A DNA stretch of 63,633 bases, counting the filler, from Octopus bimaculoides (Eukaryota), in assembly GCF_001194135.2 (NCBI RefSeq). It is 5 parts of 5 records of this genome, joined end to end, with 100 filler letters (N's around TTAATTAATTAA, not from the genome) between each part and the next. Parts side by side here need not be neighbours in the genome. Positions count along the whole stretch, not along the records: positions 1 to 28,602 come from NC_068981.1; positions 28,703 to 55,307 come from NC_068988.1; 3 more parts are not named here. One strand, given 5' to 3'. The position numbers and the translations under genes were made by a program. This document shows positions 23,730 through 37,914 of the stretch, one piece after another; positions within the stretch are counted from its first letter, which is position 1; the number at the start of each line of letters is the position of its first letter. The notes beneath the pieces are model-generated. The model searched no databases. It was not told the DNA's origin and was given only the letters and a program-made list of their open reading frames with translations.

Positions 23730-23938
23730 CATATATACGACGGGCTTCTTTCAGTTTCCGTCTACCAAATCCACTCACAAGGCTTTGGTCGGCCCGAGGC
23801 TATAGTAGAAGACACTTGCCCAAGATNNNNNNNNNNATTCTATCGATCTCTTTTGCCGAACCGCTAAGTTACGGGGACATAAACACACCAGCATCGGTTG
23901 TCAAGCGATGTTGGGGGGACAAACACACACATACAAAC

Positions 23939-23971
<33 letters not shown>

Positions 23972-24140
23972 CATATATACGACGGGCTTCTTTCAGTTTC
24001 CGTCTACCAAATCCACTCACAAGGCTTTGGTCGGCCCGAGGCTATAGTAGAAGACACTTGCCCAAGATGCCGCGCAGTGGGACTGAACCCAGGACCATGT
24101 GGTTGGTAAGCTAGCTACTTACCACACAGCCACTCCTACC
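23485..24140 (-). mobile_element. SINE family B full-length copy (internal ~230 bp duplicated across a 10-N gap)
   Basis: Tail tactcttttactcttttacttgtttcagtc to head ccacacagccactcctac; 23596-23826 is repeated identically after the gap. Confidence 0.9.
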
Positions 24141-25224
24141 GACTTTTCATTTATTTTTCTCCTGTCTCAATGAAGTATCAGTACATAGATCTCTCTGTAG
24201 ATATATACAATGCATTGGTACAGGTGCGTTGAAACGATTAGGGAATCTGTATAATTAGATCTCAGTTCCTGACTGATACTTCATCGAGACAGCAGAAAAA
24301 TAAATGAGAGGTCGATACATGCGAGATTTGGAACCAGAAAGAAAAGGGCCGCAAACTCATACAATATCAACTCGTTTCTGTATGTGAATAAGGTTCATTT
24401 TTTTGTATAAATCTGCACTAATCGTAATAGTGGATCTGAATATAGCACACCAATGCCCTACATAGAAGCAGATAACACACACCAAAATTAATGACGAAAA
24501 GTCTTCATATAGTAGCCTGTATCCTAAAATCATTTAATCGTTTCTCTCCCATAATTATTCCTACCATCTTAATTAGGTGTTCAATGGAATTGTAATAGCT
24601 GATGGAATGCGTTATGGAGTAGTAGATTCTCCTGACCAACCGTATCTATGTTGCATTCAAGACAGTCAAGTTGTGAATAAAATTTACGCCTGATACGGAG
24701 AACCGCTGATCTTTGTGAAACGTTAGTTTAACTCTACTGTCTGCACCGTCACTACTGTCTTGAAATTATAGAGTAAAGATTATTCTGATCAAGACCTGAC
24801 CAATTTTTGTGTGAACATACTTCAATCTCATTTCGTATACTTAATGAAAAGAACAGCTTTAAACAGGAAAGAGTCAACTGCAAATATATACAGTAATATC
24901 TTTTTACAATCTCATCTTTAGAAGGTAAGAATGTGTAAGGCTCGTGTATTTTCTGGAAAAAACATTACCGACTAACCTAAACTGCGGCGGCGAATTGGAA
25001 CTAAATCTCGTTACTTTGTAACATTCAGCAGTTATTATATAACCTTGTATAGTTATGTAATAATGATTTGATTAAATAGCTGAAGACATGTAGAACAACC
25101 CGAATTTAAATCATTAATCTCCAGTTCAACATTCTGTAGAATGAGTAATTTAGTACGGGGTTTCTATCCAGTATTCTATTCGGGGCCCTTAAGAAACCAT
25201 TCAACCTGGTCAATGTAGTGTTAA

Positions 25225-25280
<56 letters not shown>

Positions 25281-25587
25281 NNNNNNNNNNGGAACGCCAT
25301 GTTTTATTGTGGGTGTAGTCGTGGTGTTTGCTGCGTTTTATGATTATAGTAGTAAATCAGTTTTCTATTATTTGTGTTGTACGTGATGCAATTATAGAGC
25401 AACCAATCTTAGACTTGCTCTAGCATACATATGATACAAGATTAATCGATCAAACGGAACATTTATTCATTTTTCAATTGAAATCATGCTGACAATTATT
25501 TCGACCGCGTTCATTCTACGTGACATATATTTAGACATAATTTATTTCAAACATCTTTTAATCCATGACCCTGTTTCAATGTTGGAC

Positions 25588-26500
25588 AAGTTGTCGCAAA
25601 AATAATTGCGGTTATGACTCTTTTAAACTCTGGAATGCAATTCAGAAATACAATTATGTTTAACTATGTTTTATAATAGAGATTTGTAAACGCATATATT
25701 TGCTGCTACGTTTAATTTTGCTGATTATTCTTCTTTGCTTTCGGCTGTTAAATTGAAGATGAAAACGAACAAAGTTTGAGCTACTTAATTGTTTAAATTC
25801 AAAATGGAAAACGAACCAGCGGAAACTGCACTGGGGACCGTCAAAAATCATATAACCCAAGAGGGTCGAAGCGAGGACCACAGCTTGATGAGGGGGTAAG
25901 TCTCGAACGAAATTCTACATTGAAAGCGACTAACTGTTGGCCATTATCGAAGCAGACTAACGCCAGACAATGTGAAAAGTTACACTGGAAAGTCGTTAGA
26001 AAATCTCTAGATATAGGTGCGAGATAAGCTGAGAGATATTTTAAAACTCTGCTTGGCTCCTCTTTTGCGCAACAAAAACATTGACTTGTGACGTGAAAGA
26101 GATTCTGCATGACAACAGACGACGTTTCTCGTAGTTGATGATTTGAGGTGATGTAACAAAGTATTTTCTCAAACCAAAAATGCATGGAAAGTCAGCAAGT
26201 CAACTGATCTTCTGTTTTTTATTATTATTTTATCTTATTTATTGTTTTTTTTATCATTTTATTTTATTTATTGTTTTTTTTTAACCTGCTGCAAATATTT
26301 CAGGGAAGAAGAATTGTCAGGAAATTGGCAAAATACACCGAGAACCATGGTGTATAATTTGGTATATTGGTCATGCGAAAAAGATTAATTCTCTCCTAGG
26401 TAACGTCCGATAATCACTCACAAATGACTGAAGAAATTGAACGAGAAAATTACCTCATCCATCTTACTTCCCAGACTTCTTCATCGACTACAATTTTTTA
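25588..26500 (+). mobile_element. Highly decayed mariner with Hsmar1/MADE1-like TIR
   Basis: agttgtcgcaaaaataattgcggtt (~25589-25613) resembles the ggttggtgcaaaagtaattgcggtt TIR; ILHDN-like (~26102) and LPHPSYFPD..IDY (~26450-26490) remnants. Confidence 0.55.
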
Positions 26501-26579
26501 AAGCATATTAGTACTGCAAAAAAACAAAGAGCAACTCAAACGCAGCAGCAGCAGTAGAAGTTATATACATATATATATA

Positions 26580-27939
<1,360 letters not shown>

Positions 27940-28557
27940 TGCATATGTATGTATATCTTCATCAAACAGGCTATATGTGACCATATGTATGTAATATATT
28001 ATGTAATATAGAAAATAATGTTGTTAACTTTCTTAAATGACAGTGGAACAAAGTATTTGATGTATTCATTTATTCAAGTTCCACTTCAGAAAAAGTGGAG
28101 CATTACATCAAATGATATTCTGTATTTAATTCCATACATCTGCATTTAGTGTCCAAATCTTGCCATTACCAATAAAATATGCACCCAAAATGACAATTTA
28201 TGGCGTGTACCGAAGTGAAAATTAATTCCTTTCGTAAATTCCTCTTCTCTTTAAATGCATCTTCCTGTTTCAATGAGAAATCAAAATATTCTGTAGTAAG
28301 AAAAATGCATTGCCACCTATAGAGATTGCCATAGAGAGTTAAGCAAATGGTTTAAGTTGTTTATCGTTCTGAAGTAAAGTTCATATTTTATAATTCTTAT
28401 ATTAGTTGACAGCTAATTCCATATATATTCATATTCAAGGCTCCGATGAATCTACAGTATAAAGTGTTAGTCAGACACTCAGCTATGAGTCCACCGCATC
28501 TCATAGCAGAAACAGCTATAAGTTCATGAAGTTAAGAAGATAATCGTTTATTTCTTT

Positions 28558-28602
<45 letters not shown>

Positions 28603-28646
28603 NNNNNNNNNNNNNNNNNNNNNNNNNNNNNNNNNNNNNNNNNNNN

Positions 28647-28658
28647 TTAATTAATTAA
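28647..28658. other. TTAATTAATTAA island inside N gaps (also 55352-55363, 58740-58751, 61842-61853): artificial spacer
   Basis: Identical 12-mer flanked by N on both sides four times; it places stops in all six frames, as scaffolding linkers do. Confidence 0.8.
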
Positions 28659-28740
28659 NNNNNNNNNNNNNNNNNNNNNNNNNNNNNNNNNNNNNNNNNN
28701 NNTATATATATATGTTAGCGGAAGAGACAGATAGAAAGGA

Positions 28741-28786
<46 letters not shown>

Positions 28787-28819
28787 CAAACACATACGTG
28801 TGTACTTGTATGTATCTTT

Positions 28820-29185
28820 TATCCATACTTTTCCTCGTTTCAAGGTGGAGCCACGCTGGGTCAGCACCTTGAAGAATTTCAGTCGAACGAATCAAACCCT
28901 GGACTATATCTTTTAAGCCTCCCACTTATTCTATCGCTCTCTTTTGCCGAACCGCTATGTTGCGAGGGTGTAAACAAACCAACACCGCTTGTCAAACGGT
29001 GGTGGGAGACAAACAGAGAAACAAAGTCACACACAGACTCGCGCGCACGTATTTATGTATGTATGTATATATGTATGTATGTATACATATGTGGCGGATA
29101 TCTTTCAGTTTCCATATATCGTATCCCCTCAGAAGGCTTTGGTTGACTTGGCGCTATAGTAGAAGACGCTTGTCTAAGGTGCAAG
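28820..29185 (-). mobile_element. SINE family B, older copy
   Basis: ttattctatcgctctcttttgccgaaccgct...tttcagtttcc...gctatagtagaagacgcttgtctaagg. Confidence 0.8.
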
Positions 29186-29480
29186 ATTGAAAAAAAATCG
29201 ACCGTGTTTCTAAAACATTTTGACCTGGGTTTGCAACCCCTAAGCAAACTTCGTTTCCGTACTTATAGTCACCTTAGCTAGAAGTGCCAAAAATTCATTT
29301 GAACATAAAATACACAAAAACAACACATTTTTGTATTGAACTATGATTTAATGCTTACTTTTGTTGTGGATATTTTCTGAATAAGGATAATTCTTACAAT
29401 AGTAAACGAAGCTATTGTCTGCGAGGCTTCATTCTTTTCTCTTCCGCCTTGTTTTATTTAGACATATGGACGGGGTTCGA

Positions 29481-29922
29481 ATTCTCTTCTACTCTCGGCA
29501 CAAGAGCCGAAATTTTGGGGGAGGGGGCCAGTCGATTAGACCAACTTCAGTACGCAACTGGTATTTAATTTATCGAATCCCGAAAGGATGAAAGGCAAAG
29601 TCGACCTCGGAGGAATTTGAACTCAGAACGTAACAGCAGACGAAATGCCGCTAAGCATTTCGCCCGGCGTGCTAACGTTTCTGTTAGCTCGTCGCCTTAA
29701 AATATGAAATTATTCTTTTTCTACAAGTCCCAAAATTTTTGGGGAGGGGGGGCCAGTCGATTAGATCAACCCTAGTACGCAACTGGTACTTAATTGATCG
29801 ACTCCGAAAGGATGAAAGGCAAAGTCGACCTCGGTGGAATTTGAACTCAGAACATAAAGACAGACGAAATACCGCTAAGCATTTCGCCCGGCGTGCTAAC
29901 GTTTCTGCCAGCTCACCGCCTT
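29481..29922 (-). mobile_element. Two full SINE family A copies in tandem
   Basis: 29481-29698 and 29712-29922 each run from tail to head (gctaacgtttctg...gctc.ccgcctt). Confidence 0.9.
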
Positions 29923-30429
29923 GGACGGGGTTCTAATTCATCGCTTTTATCGTATCACTGCTTCGAAAATAATCCAAGTGAGTCTTTTATCTTTTATTTG
30001 TTTCATTCTTTGGACTAAAGCCATGCTAGAGCACCACGTAGAAAAGGTAGAAAGACTCACACTTATTATATCGGTCTTTTTGCAACACTGCACCACAACC
30101 TTAAGCGGTGGGGGAGAAAGACACATAAATACACACAGACACTCACACAATACACACAGACACTCACACAATACACACATACATTCACACACATACACAC
30201 ATACACTCACACACATACACATATACACTCACACACATACACTCACACACATACATACATGGTTTGATGATGCAAACAGGAAAAATAGAATTCAAAACAT
30301 GAGTAAAATATATATCTTTATTAATATTTAGCAAAATCAACAGAATCATTGAAGGGCCGATAGTTTTGTGCGTTAGCACTTATCAAACTAGTCACGGATT
30401 GAGGGATTCTAAACTCATAACCCACTCGA

Positions 30430-30610
30430 CATGTAACTATACGACAGACTTTGACGCAGTTTCTCTTTGCTAAATCCAGTCACAATGCATTGGTCGACTC
30501 GGGGCTATAACAGAAGGCATTTTGCCCAAAGTGCCGCGCAATGAGACTAAACCCAAAACCACGTGATTTTAAAACACCTTTCTCAATTACACCGCCATGC
30601 CTGTGCCTAT
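30430..30610 (-). mobile_element. SINE family B head half, decayed
   Basis: aaatccagtcacaatgcattggtcgactcggggctataacagaaggcattttgcccaaagtgccgcgcaatgagactaaaccc. Confidence 0.65.
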
Positions 30611-30787
30611 AATGTCATGGTTGTTTGTGCATGTTTAGAGATTTGTGTTTTGTTTGTTTTATAAAGCAACCACCTCTCATATACACGAATTGCGTCCGTT
30701 CAAGCAACTCCTCATCCATCGGTTTATCTAAAGCAATAATTTAATTTAAAACCAATCACATTTTATCAGTAGTTTGTTGCTTAAATA

Positions 30788-30995
30788 AGGCGGTGGCCTG
30801 GCAGAATTGTTAGCACGCCGCGCAAAATGCTTAGCAGCGTTTCTTCTGATTTTATGTTCTGAGTTCGAATTCCGCCGAGGTTGATTTTGCCTTTTGGAGC
30901 TGATAAAATAAGTACCAATCATGTACTGGGGTCGATGTAATCGACTTACACCCTCCCCCGAAATAACTGGCCTTGTGTCGAAATCTGAAATCAAT
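30788..30995 (+). mobile_element. SINE family A
   Basis: aaggcggtggcctggcagaattgttagcacgccg...gagttcgaattccgccgagg...ggccttgtgtc; intact B-box GTTCGAATT. Confidence 0.9.
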
Positions 30996-32344
30996 AATTA
31001 GCTATTCAATTAGAAAACAATAATAGTAATTTTCTTTATTAGATCAATAATTCAATACGAGTGATTTTTTAAGAACTTTGTTTAATCTGCAAAACGAGCT
31101 GTGCTCACTGACTTTGCAAGCTCTGCGAGTCTCTGGAATGTAATGGCAAATATGTTAAGGATCCTGATCTATACCTGTTCTAGTCGTCCTTGAACTCAAC
31201 AATTATTCCAGTTTAACTGTAACTCCAAAATCTTCGAAATTACTATACTTTAGTTAGTCAAATATCTTGCTTTGTTGATGAGGTCTAATAAGAATATGTG
31301 TTCTTCGACAAATACACTTCATTTCACATTACTTCGGTTCGCTTGGACTGTAAGTGAATAACTCGGCAACGGATTGGCGTTCCGTTCTGAAGGCGGGAAT
31401 TTTGTGATCTGCGCGTTACTGGCGCCATGATGCCTAGCATTGGAGACAGTAATATCCAGGTGTCGAAGATGATGAAATAGCAACAACAACAATAACACCA
31501 ACAACATATCAAAGCTATTCAGACTTATATATTTCGTCTAGAAGATTCCATAACATTCCATGCAACAAAAACAACGAATAGCGGCGGCGGCGGCGGCGGC
31601 GGCATCAGCAGACATAATGAACCTATGTGAAACGGCAACCGGTGGAATCACTTAAATTGGTGGAAAGCAAAACGATGGTGGATTTTGTTGTTTTTACATG
31701 GACTGCCATGTCGAAATGAGCCTTTAGAGCTACCCACGCAGAACATCAGCTGTTGTATATTTAAAATGGAAACATCAGCACATACATACATGTATGATGT
31801 GTGTGTGTGTGTGTGTGTGTGTGTATTCAAATATATATATATATATATANNNNNNNNNNNNNNNNNNNNNNNNNNNNNNNNNNNNNNNNNNNNNNNNNNN
31901 NNNNNNNNNNNNNNNNNNNNNNNNNNNNNNNNNNNNNNNNNNNNNNNNNNNNNNNNNNNNNNNNNNNNNNNNNNNNNNNNNNNNNNNNNNNNNNNNNNNN
32001 NNNNNNNNNNNNNNNNNNNNNNNNNNNNNNNNNNNNNNNNNNNNNNNNNNNNNNNNNNNNNNNNNNNNNNNNNNNNNNNNNNNNNNNNNNNNNNNNNNNN
32101 NNNNNNNNNNNNNNNNNNNNNNNNNNNNNNNNNNNNNNNNNNNNNNNNNNNNNNNNNNNNNNNNNNNNNNNNNNNNNNNNNNNNNNNNNNNNNNNNNNNN
32201 NNNNNNNNNNNNNNNNNNNNNNNNNNNNNNNNNNNNNNNNNNNNNNNNNNNNNNNNNNNNNNNNNNNNNNNNNNNNNNNNNNNNNNNNNNNNNNNNNNNN
32301 NNNNNNNNNNNNNNNNNNNNNNNNNNNNNNNNNNNNNNNNNNNN

Positions 32345-32390
32345 ACAAACAAGATGAGGACAACTATCCGTCAAATGTAAATAATATAGT
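32345..32390 (+). mobile_element. 3' remnant of repeat H1 emerging from a gap
   Basis: acaaacaagatgaggacaactatccgtcaaatgtaaataat matches 14878-14920. Confidence 0.8.
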
Positions 32391-32976
32391 TTGATGTTCC
32401 CCCACATTTTTTTTCCACTTTATTTTCACTTGTTCTACACTTCTACTTATTTGAAAATAGTAAGTACTGCCAGCCAACCACAAAATATTATCTTATCTTA
32501 TCCGTTTACTGACTTTGGATCTTTTTTTTTTATTTTTTTCAAGGGGATGAAAATTTTTCGATTTTTAGATCCCGAGTTGAAGGACTTTAGTTCGGATACT
32601 AATCAGTTGGCCCCGTTGGTAGAGCCGCAATATCAATGAGTGGGGCCAGTGCACGGTAAAATCGTTAAGAAGAAGCCCCCGAAACAGTTGCGCATCCTCA
32701 CCAGATGACTCCTAAAAATTCCACTGATGCCCGGTATGCAAAACTTCCGATTGGCAGCACTTGCACAAACCGTTTGCAAGTCTCCATCGTTCCTGTGATC
32801 TACAAATAGAGTATAAGACGTAGAATATATTAATGGAGAAAATATATAGAAATCATACTTTGGAGTCTAGTTTCGTTTTGGAAACAAAATTTGAGGAAAT
32901 GTATGATTCTGTGATAAAGGGGAGAAAAAGCACAGGACATAATTTTATGGACATAAGGACACAAATATAGACATGG

Positions 32977-33267
32977 GCGCAGGAGTGACTGTATGGTAAG
33001 TAGCTTGCTTATCAACCACATGGTTCCGGGTTCAGTCTCACTGCGTGGCACTTTGGGCAAGTGTCTTCTACTGTAGCCTCAGGTCGACCAAAACCTTGTG
33101 CGTAGATATCGTAGACGGAAACTGAAAGAAGCCCGTCGTAGATAGATAGATAGATAGACAGATAGACAGATAGATAGATAGATANNNNNNNNNNCTTGTG
33201 CGTAGATATCGTAGACGGAAACTGAAAGAAGCCCGTCGTAGATAGATAGATAGATAGACAGATAGAC

Positions 33268-33324
<57 letters not shown>

Positions 33325-33545
33325 TATGTGTGTGTATATGTTTGTGTGTGTGTGTGCGTTTGTCCCCCCAACATCACTTGACAACCGATCCTGGTGTGTT
33401 TACGTCCCCCATAACTTAGCGGTTCGACAAAAGACACCAATAGAATAAGTACTAGGCTTACAAAGAATAAGCCCTCGGGTCGATTTTCTCGACTAAAGGC
33501 GGTGCTCCAGTATGGCCGCAGTCAAATGACTGAAAAGTAAACGAA
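32977..33545 (+). mobile_element. SINE family B full-length copy with (TAGA)n core
   Basis: ggcgcaggagtgactgtatggtaagtag...gggttcagtc...ttgggcaagtgtcttc...taaaggcggtgctccagtatggccgcagtcaaatgactgaaa; short duplication across a 10-N gap. Confidence 0.9.
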
Positions 33546-33689
33546 TAAAAGAACCTAATTACATATATAGTCATGCATATATATATATATACATACATAT
33601 ATACATACATATATATATACATATACACACATATGCATACTTATATATATATATGCATCTAATATACATAAATATGTACGTGTGTGTGT

Positions 33690-33737
<48 letters not shown>

Positions 33738-35007
33738 NNNNNNNNNNNNNNNNNNNNNNNNNNNNNNNNNNNNNNNNNNNNNNNNNNNNNNNNNNNNNNN
33801 NNNNNNNNNNNNNNNNNNNNNNNNNNNNNNNNNNNNNNNNNNNNNNNNNNNNNNNNNNNNNNNNNNNNNNNNNNNNNNNNNNNNNNNNNNNNNNNNNNNN
33901 NNNNNNNNNNNNNNNNNNNNNNNNNNNNNNNNNNNNNNNNNNNNNNNNNNNNNNNNNNNNNNNNNNNNNNNNNNNNNNNNNNNNNNNNNNNNNNNNNNNN
34001 NNNNNNNNNNNNNNNNNNNNNNNNNNNNNNNNNNNNNNNNNNNNNNNNNNNNNNNNNNNNNNNNNNNNNNNNNNNNNNNNNNNNNNNNNNNNNNNNNNNN
34101 NNNNNNNNNNNNNNNNNNNNNNNNNNNNNNNNNNNNNNNNNNNNNNNNNNNNNNNNNNNNNNNNNNNNNNNNNNNNNNNNNNNNNNNNNNNNNNNNNNNN
34201 NNNNNNNNNNNNNNNNNNNNNNNNNNNNNNNNNNNNNNNNNNNNNNNNNNNNNNNNNNNNNNNNNNNNNNNNNNNNNNNNNNNNNNNNNNNNNNNNNNNN
34301 NNNNNNNNNNNNNNNNNNNNNNNNNNNNNNNNNNNNNNNNNNNNNNNNNNNNNNNNNNNNNNNNNNNNNNNNNNNNNNNNNNNNNNNNNNNNNNNNNNNN
34401 NNNNNNNNNNNNNNNNNNNNNNNNNNNNNNNNNNNNNNNNNNNNNNNNNNNNNNNNNNNNNNNNNNNNNNNNNNNNNNNNNNNNNNNNNNNNNNNNNNNN
34501 NNNNNNNNNNNNNNNNNNNNNNNNNNNNNNNNNNNNNNNNNNNNNNNNNNNNNNNNNNNNNNNNNNNNNNNNNNNNNNNNNNNNNNNNNNNNNNNNNNNN
34601 NNNNNNNNNNNNNNNNNNNNNNNNNNNNNNATATATAACTACCTTAAGTAACATCGCCAGCAGGGGCAAACATAACTAGAAACTAATGCTGCAAACTGGC
34701 AAGAAATCGTTTATACTGCTGTTATGTAAACAATTATGAATTTTAATCCGTGAAGCAATGAGTTTAATCACAATAAATAAAGCAAGAAATATGGAAAAGA
34801 TCAGAGGGTCGCAAAGAGAAAACAATATTTATTTTAGGCACCGGCGAAGCTGAGTCTTCAAAGCCAGAAACAAGTGTAATGGTGTTCAGTTATTAATTCG
34901 TTGTATTCTTGTTTTAAAACATTAAAAGATAATGCTTTACATGTATCAGAGTGAGAGAATCTTTTCCTATGAGAGGTGTTCACCATATTCAATGGATTGT
35001 CCGTTTA

Positions 35008-35335
35008 ACTGGCGCTCCGTCGGTTACAACAACAAGGTTGTTCCAGTTGATCCAATCAACTGAACAACCTGCTTGTGAAATTAACGTGTTACTGGTTGAG
35101 TACTCCGCAGACATGTGCACCCTTAACGTAATTCTCAGGGAGATTTAGCATGACACAGAATGTGACAAGTCTGACCCTTTGAATTACGGGTACTATTCAA
35201 TTTTGCCAGTTGAGTGGATTGGAATAACATGAAATAAAGTGTCTTGCTCAAGGACACAACGAGCGGCCGGGAATCGAACTCATGAGCTTACGATTGTCAC
35301 TCAAATATTCAAACCCATAAGCCAGACGCCTTCAC
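35008..35335 (-). mobile_element. SINE family C
   Basis: aaataaagtgtcttgctcaaggacacaacg...gaatcgaactc...gccttcac; tRNA-like head plus tgtgtccttgagcaagacac central motif. Confidence 0.85.
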
Positions 35336-35354
35336 TATAGACTGTAAATTATCT

Positions 35355-36480
35355 TTTATAGTATAGGCAAAAGACCTGGAATTTGTGGGAAAGGAGCAAG
35401 CCGATTAAATCGATCCCACTGCTCGACTATTACTTATTTTATTGATCTCTAGGGGATGAAAGACAAAGTTGATCACAGCAGCATTTGAACTCAGAATGTA
35501 AAGTCGGTAAGAATGAAACTGAGCATGTTGTCCACCGTGCTAACGATTCTTTTCTACTCTAGGCATAACGCCCGAAATTTTGGGGGAAGGGGCCAGTCGA
35601 ATAGATCGACTCCAGTAAGCAACTGGTACTTAATTTATCGACCCCGAAAGAATGAAAGGCAAAGTCGACTTCAGCAGAATTTGAACTCAGAACGTAAAGA
35701 CAGACGAAATACCGCCAAGTATTTCGCCCGGCGTGCTAACTCTTCTGCGAGCTCGCTGCTTTTATATATCTAAATAAATCGAATGGTTTCCTTGACTATT
35801 AATTCTCATAAGACCCATCACGCGGTCTCCATAGCAGAGAACCGGAGAAGATCACACTATCCCCTATCAACAGGAAACCGGTTTCTCGTCAGGTTCAGGA
35901 CCTGAAATTTTGAAGGGAGTAGATTACGTCGACTCCAGTACTTAACTGGTATTTTATGTTATTAACTGCAAAGGAACGAAAGCATAGCCAGCCTTGACTG
36001 GATTTGAACTCCAAACGTAAAGCTGGATGAAATACCGCTAAGCAATTTGTCCAGTGTGCTAATGATTCTGCCATCTCACCACCATAGGTAAGCCCTTCCA
36101 AAATAGAGACAAGGCCATAAATTTGAAAGGGAGCGGAACAACTCGATTACATCGACTCCCATACTTATGTAGTACTCACTTGATCGGCCCTGAAAGGGAT
36201 GAAAGTTGATGAAATTCGAACTCAGAACGTAAAAACGAAATATCACTCAGCATGTTTGTCCGGCATACTAATGATACTGCCAGTTCGCCGCCTTTAACTG
36301 CCTCATATAATGCTTTCCACTCTAGGCACAAGGCCTGAAATTTGGGGGGAGGGGACTAGTCGATTACATCGACCTCAGTGTTTCACTGGTACTTAATTTA
36401 TCGACCCTGAAATGAGGAAAGGCAAAGTCGACTTCGGCGGAGCATTTCGTCCAGCGTGTTAAGGATTCTGCCGCCTTCAA
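35355..36480 (-). mobile_element. Cluster of five same-orientation SINE family A copies
   Basis: Copies at ~35355-35550, 35551-35760, 35895-36090, 36105-36295, 36310-36480. Confidence 0.85.
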
Positions 36481-36503
36481 CCGCTTTATATAATACGTAC
36501 GAT

Positions 36504-36825
36504 AAAAGGAGCACTCCATCGGTTACGACGACAAGGGTCCCAGCTGATAAAATTAACGGAAAAGCTTGCTCGTGAAATTAACGTGCATGTGGCTGAGTAC
36601 TCCACAGACACGTGTACCCTTAACGTAGTTCTCAGGGTGATTCAGCGTGACACAGAGTGTAACAAGGCTGACCCTTTGAAATACAGGTACAACTCAGTCT
36701 TGCCAGCTAAATGGATAGGAAAAACGTGGAATAAAGTGTCTTGCTCAAGGACAAAACGCGTCGCCGGGAATTGAACTCCTGACCTCACGATCGCGAGCCG
36801 AATGCACTAAGCCACACGCCTTCAC
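36504..36825 (-). mobile_element. SINE family C
   Basis: Colinear with 35008-35335 over its whole length. Confidence 0.85.
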
Positions 36826-37645
36826 AGACGTCTGATAACATAAAATCCCAATTCCTCATCTTTGTTCGTTTGGTATTTAATTCTTGGATAATTTTAGCTG
36901 CACATTCTTTATGGAATTATTTCTTTTGTTAAACTATCTATATTGGCAACAATTCTCTTATCTATTACCTGCAGCTATTTTTACTTAGAAACTGATGTTT
37001 TATTATTTTACACGAAAAACAAAATGAATAAATTATTTTTTCTCGGGGTGCATGAATTTATAAATATGTAAAAAAAAAAAAACTCAGTAAATTAAAAAAA
37101 AAAATTAGAAATAAATGAGTGGGTTTAAAATATGCTGAATCTTTCTGTTCAAAGATCCAACAAAGCGAATTGAAATGTAATCTAAAGGATATGTACAACA
37201 CATGTCGACAAGCCTGTTTATTAAAATAGAATAAAGGGCCAAGGGATGACTAAGCTCCAACCTTTATTCCCATTCCTTTAAAACATCTTATACCCCTCTT
37301 AACCAATCCCTAAAGAATTAAGATATGTCTGTCCACAAAGGCTTCAGAAATCTTTCACTAAATATGGACGCGCGATGTGATTCTTCCTGAGGCGACATTG
37401 CTCTAAAATAGTAACACGCGCGCTTACATTGCTTGTTTATTAAAGTTTTATCTTATTATAACAACGCGTCAACGTTTTGTTTGATGTATCCTTCACCATC
37501 CTGATAATACTAAAACTCCAGGGATGTTTGTGTGTAACTCAAATACCTCAGAAATTTGTCTTAATTTTTTACATATTTATTTTCATATTTACCTTTGGCA
37601 GTGCAGTACAAATGTTTGTGACATTTGGACCCCTATACACAGTCA

Positions 37646-37861
37646 AAGCGGCGAGCTGGCAGAAACGTTAGCACGCCGGGCGAAAAGCATAGTTGTGTTT
37701 CGTCTGCCGTTACGCTCTGAGTTCAAATTTCGCCGCGGTCGACTTTGCCTTTCATCTTTACGGGGTCGATTAAATAAGTACCAGTTAAGCACTGGGGTCG
37801 ATGTGATCGACTTAATCCCTTGTTTGTCCCCTCTATATTTTGCCCCTTGTAGGCAATAAAT
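37646..37861 (+). mobile_element. SINE family A with alternative 3' tail (tail 2)
   Basis: Standard head/body then cccttgtttgtcccctctatattttgccccttgtaggcaataaa. Confidence 0.88.
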
Positions 37862-37914
37862 ATATTTTATTGAGAATTGGAGCACGAGGAAAAGCATATA
37901 CTGGTTATGAGAAT

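Noticed and set aside
23596-24070. Apparent perfect tandem duplication of SINE-B interior (also 33095-33260)
   Set aside because: Identical copies abut a 10-N gap; typical unmerged contig overlap, an assembly artefact
24577-24693. Possible terminal exon VFNGIVIADGMRYGVVDSPDQPYLCCIQDSQVVNKIYA*
   Set aside because: Plausible acceptor but no recognisable family and no phase-compatible partner exon
31580-31603. (GGC)n tract as CpG-island or promoter marker
   Set aside because: Only 24 bp, adjacent to other simple repeats, no supporting exon or GC-rich flank
35355-36480. CRISPR-like or satellite array
   Set aside because: Units are ~200-bp diverged SINE copies in a eukaryotic context, not short repeats with unique spacers
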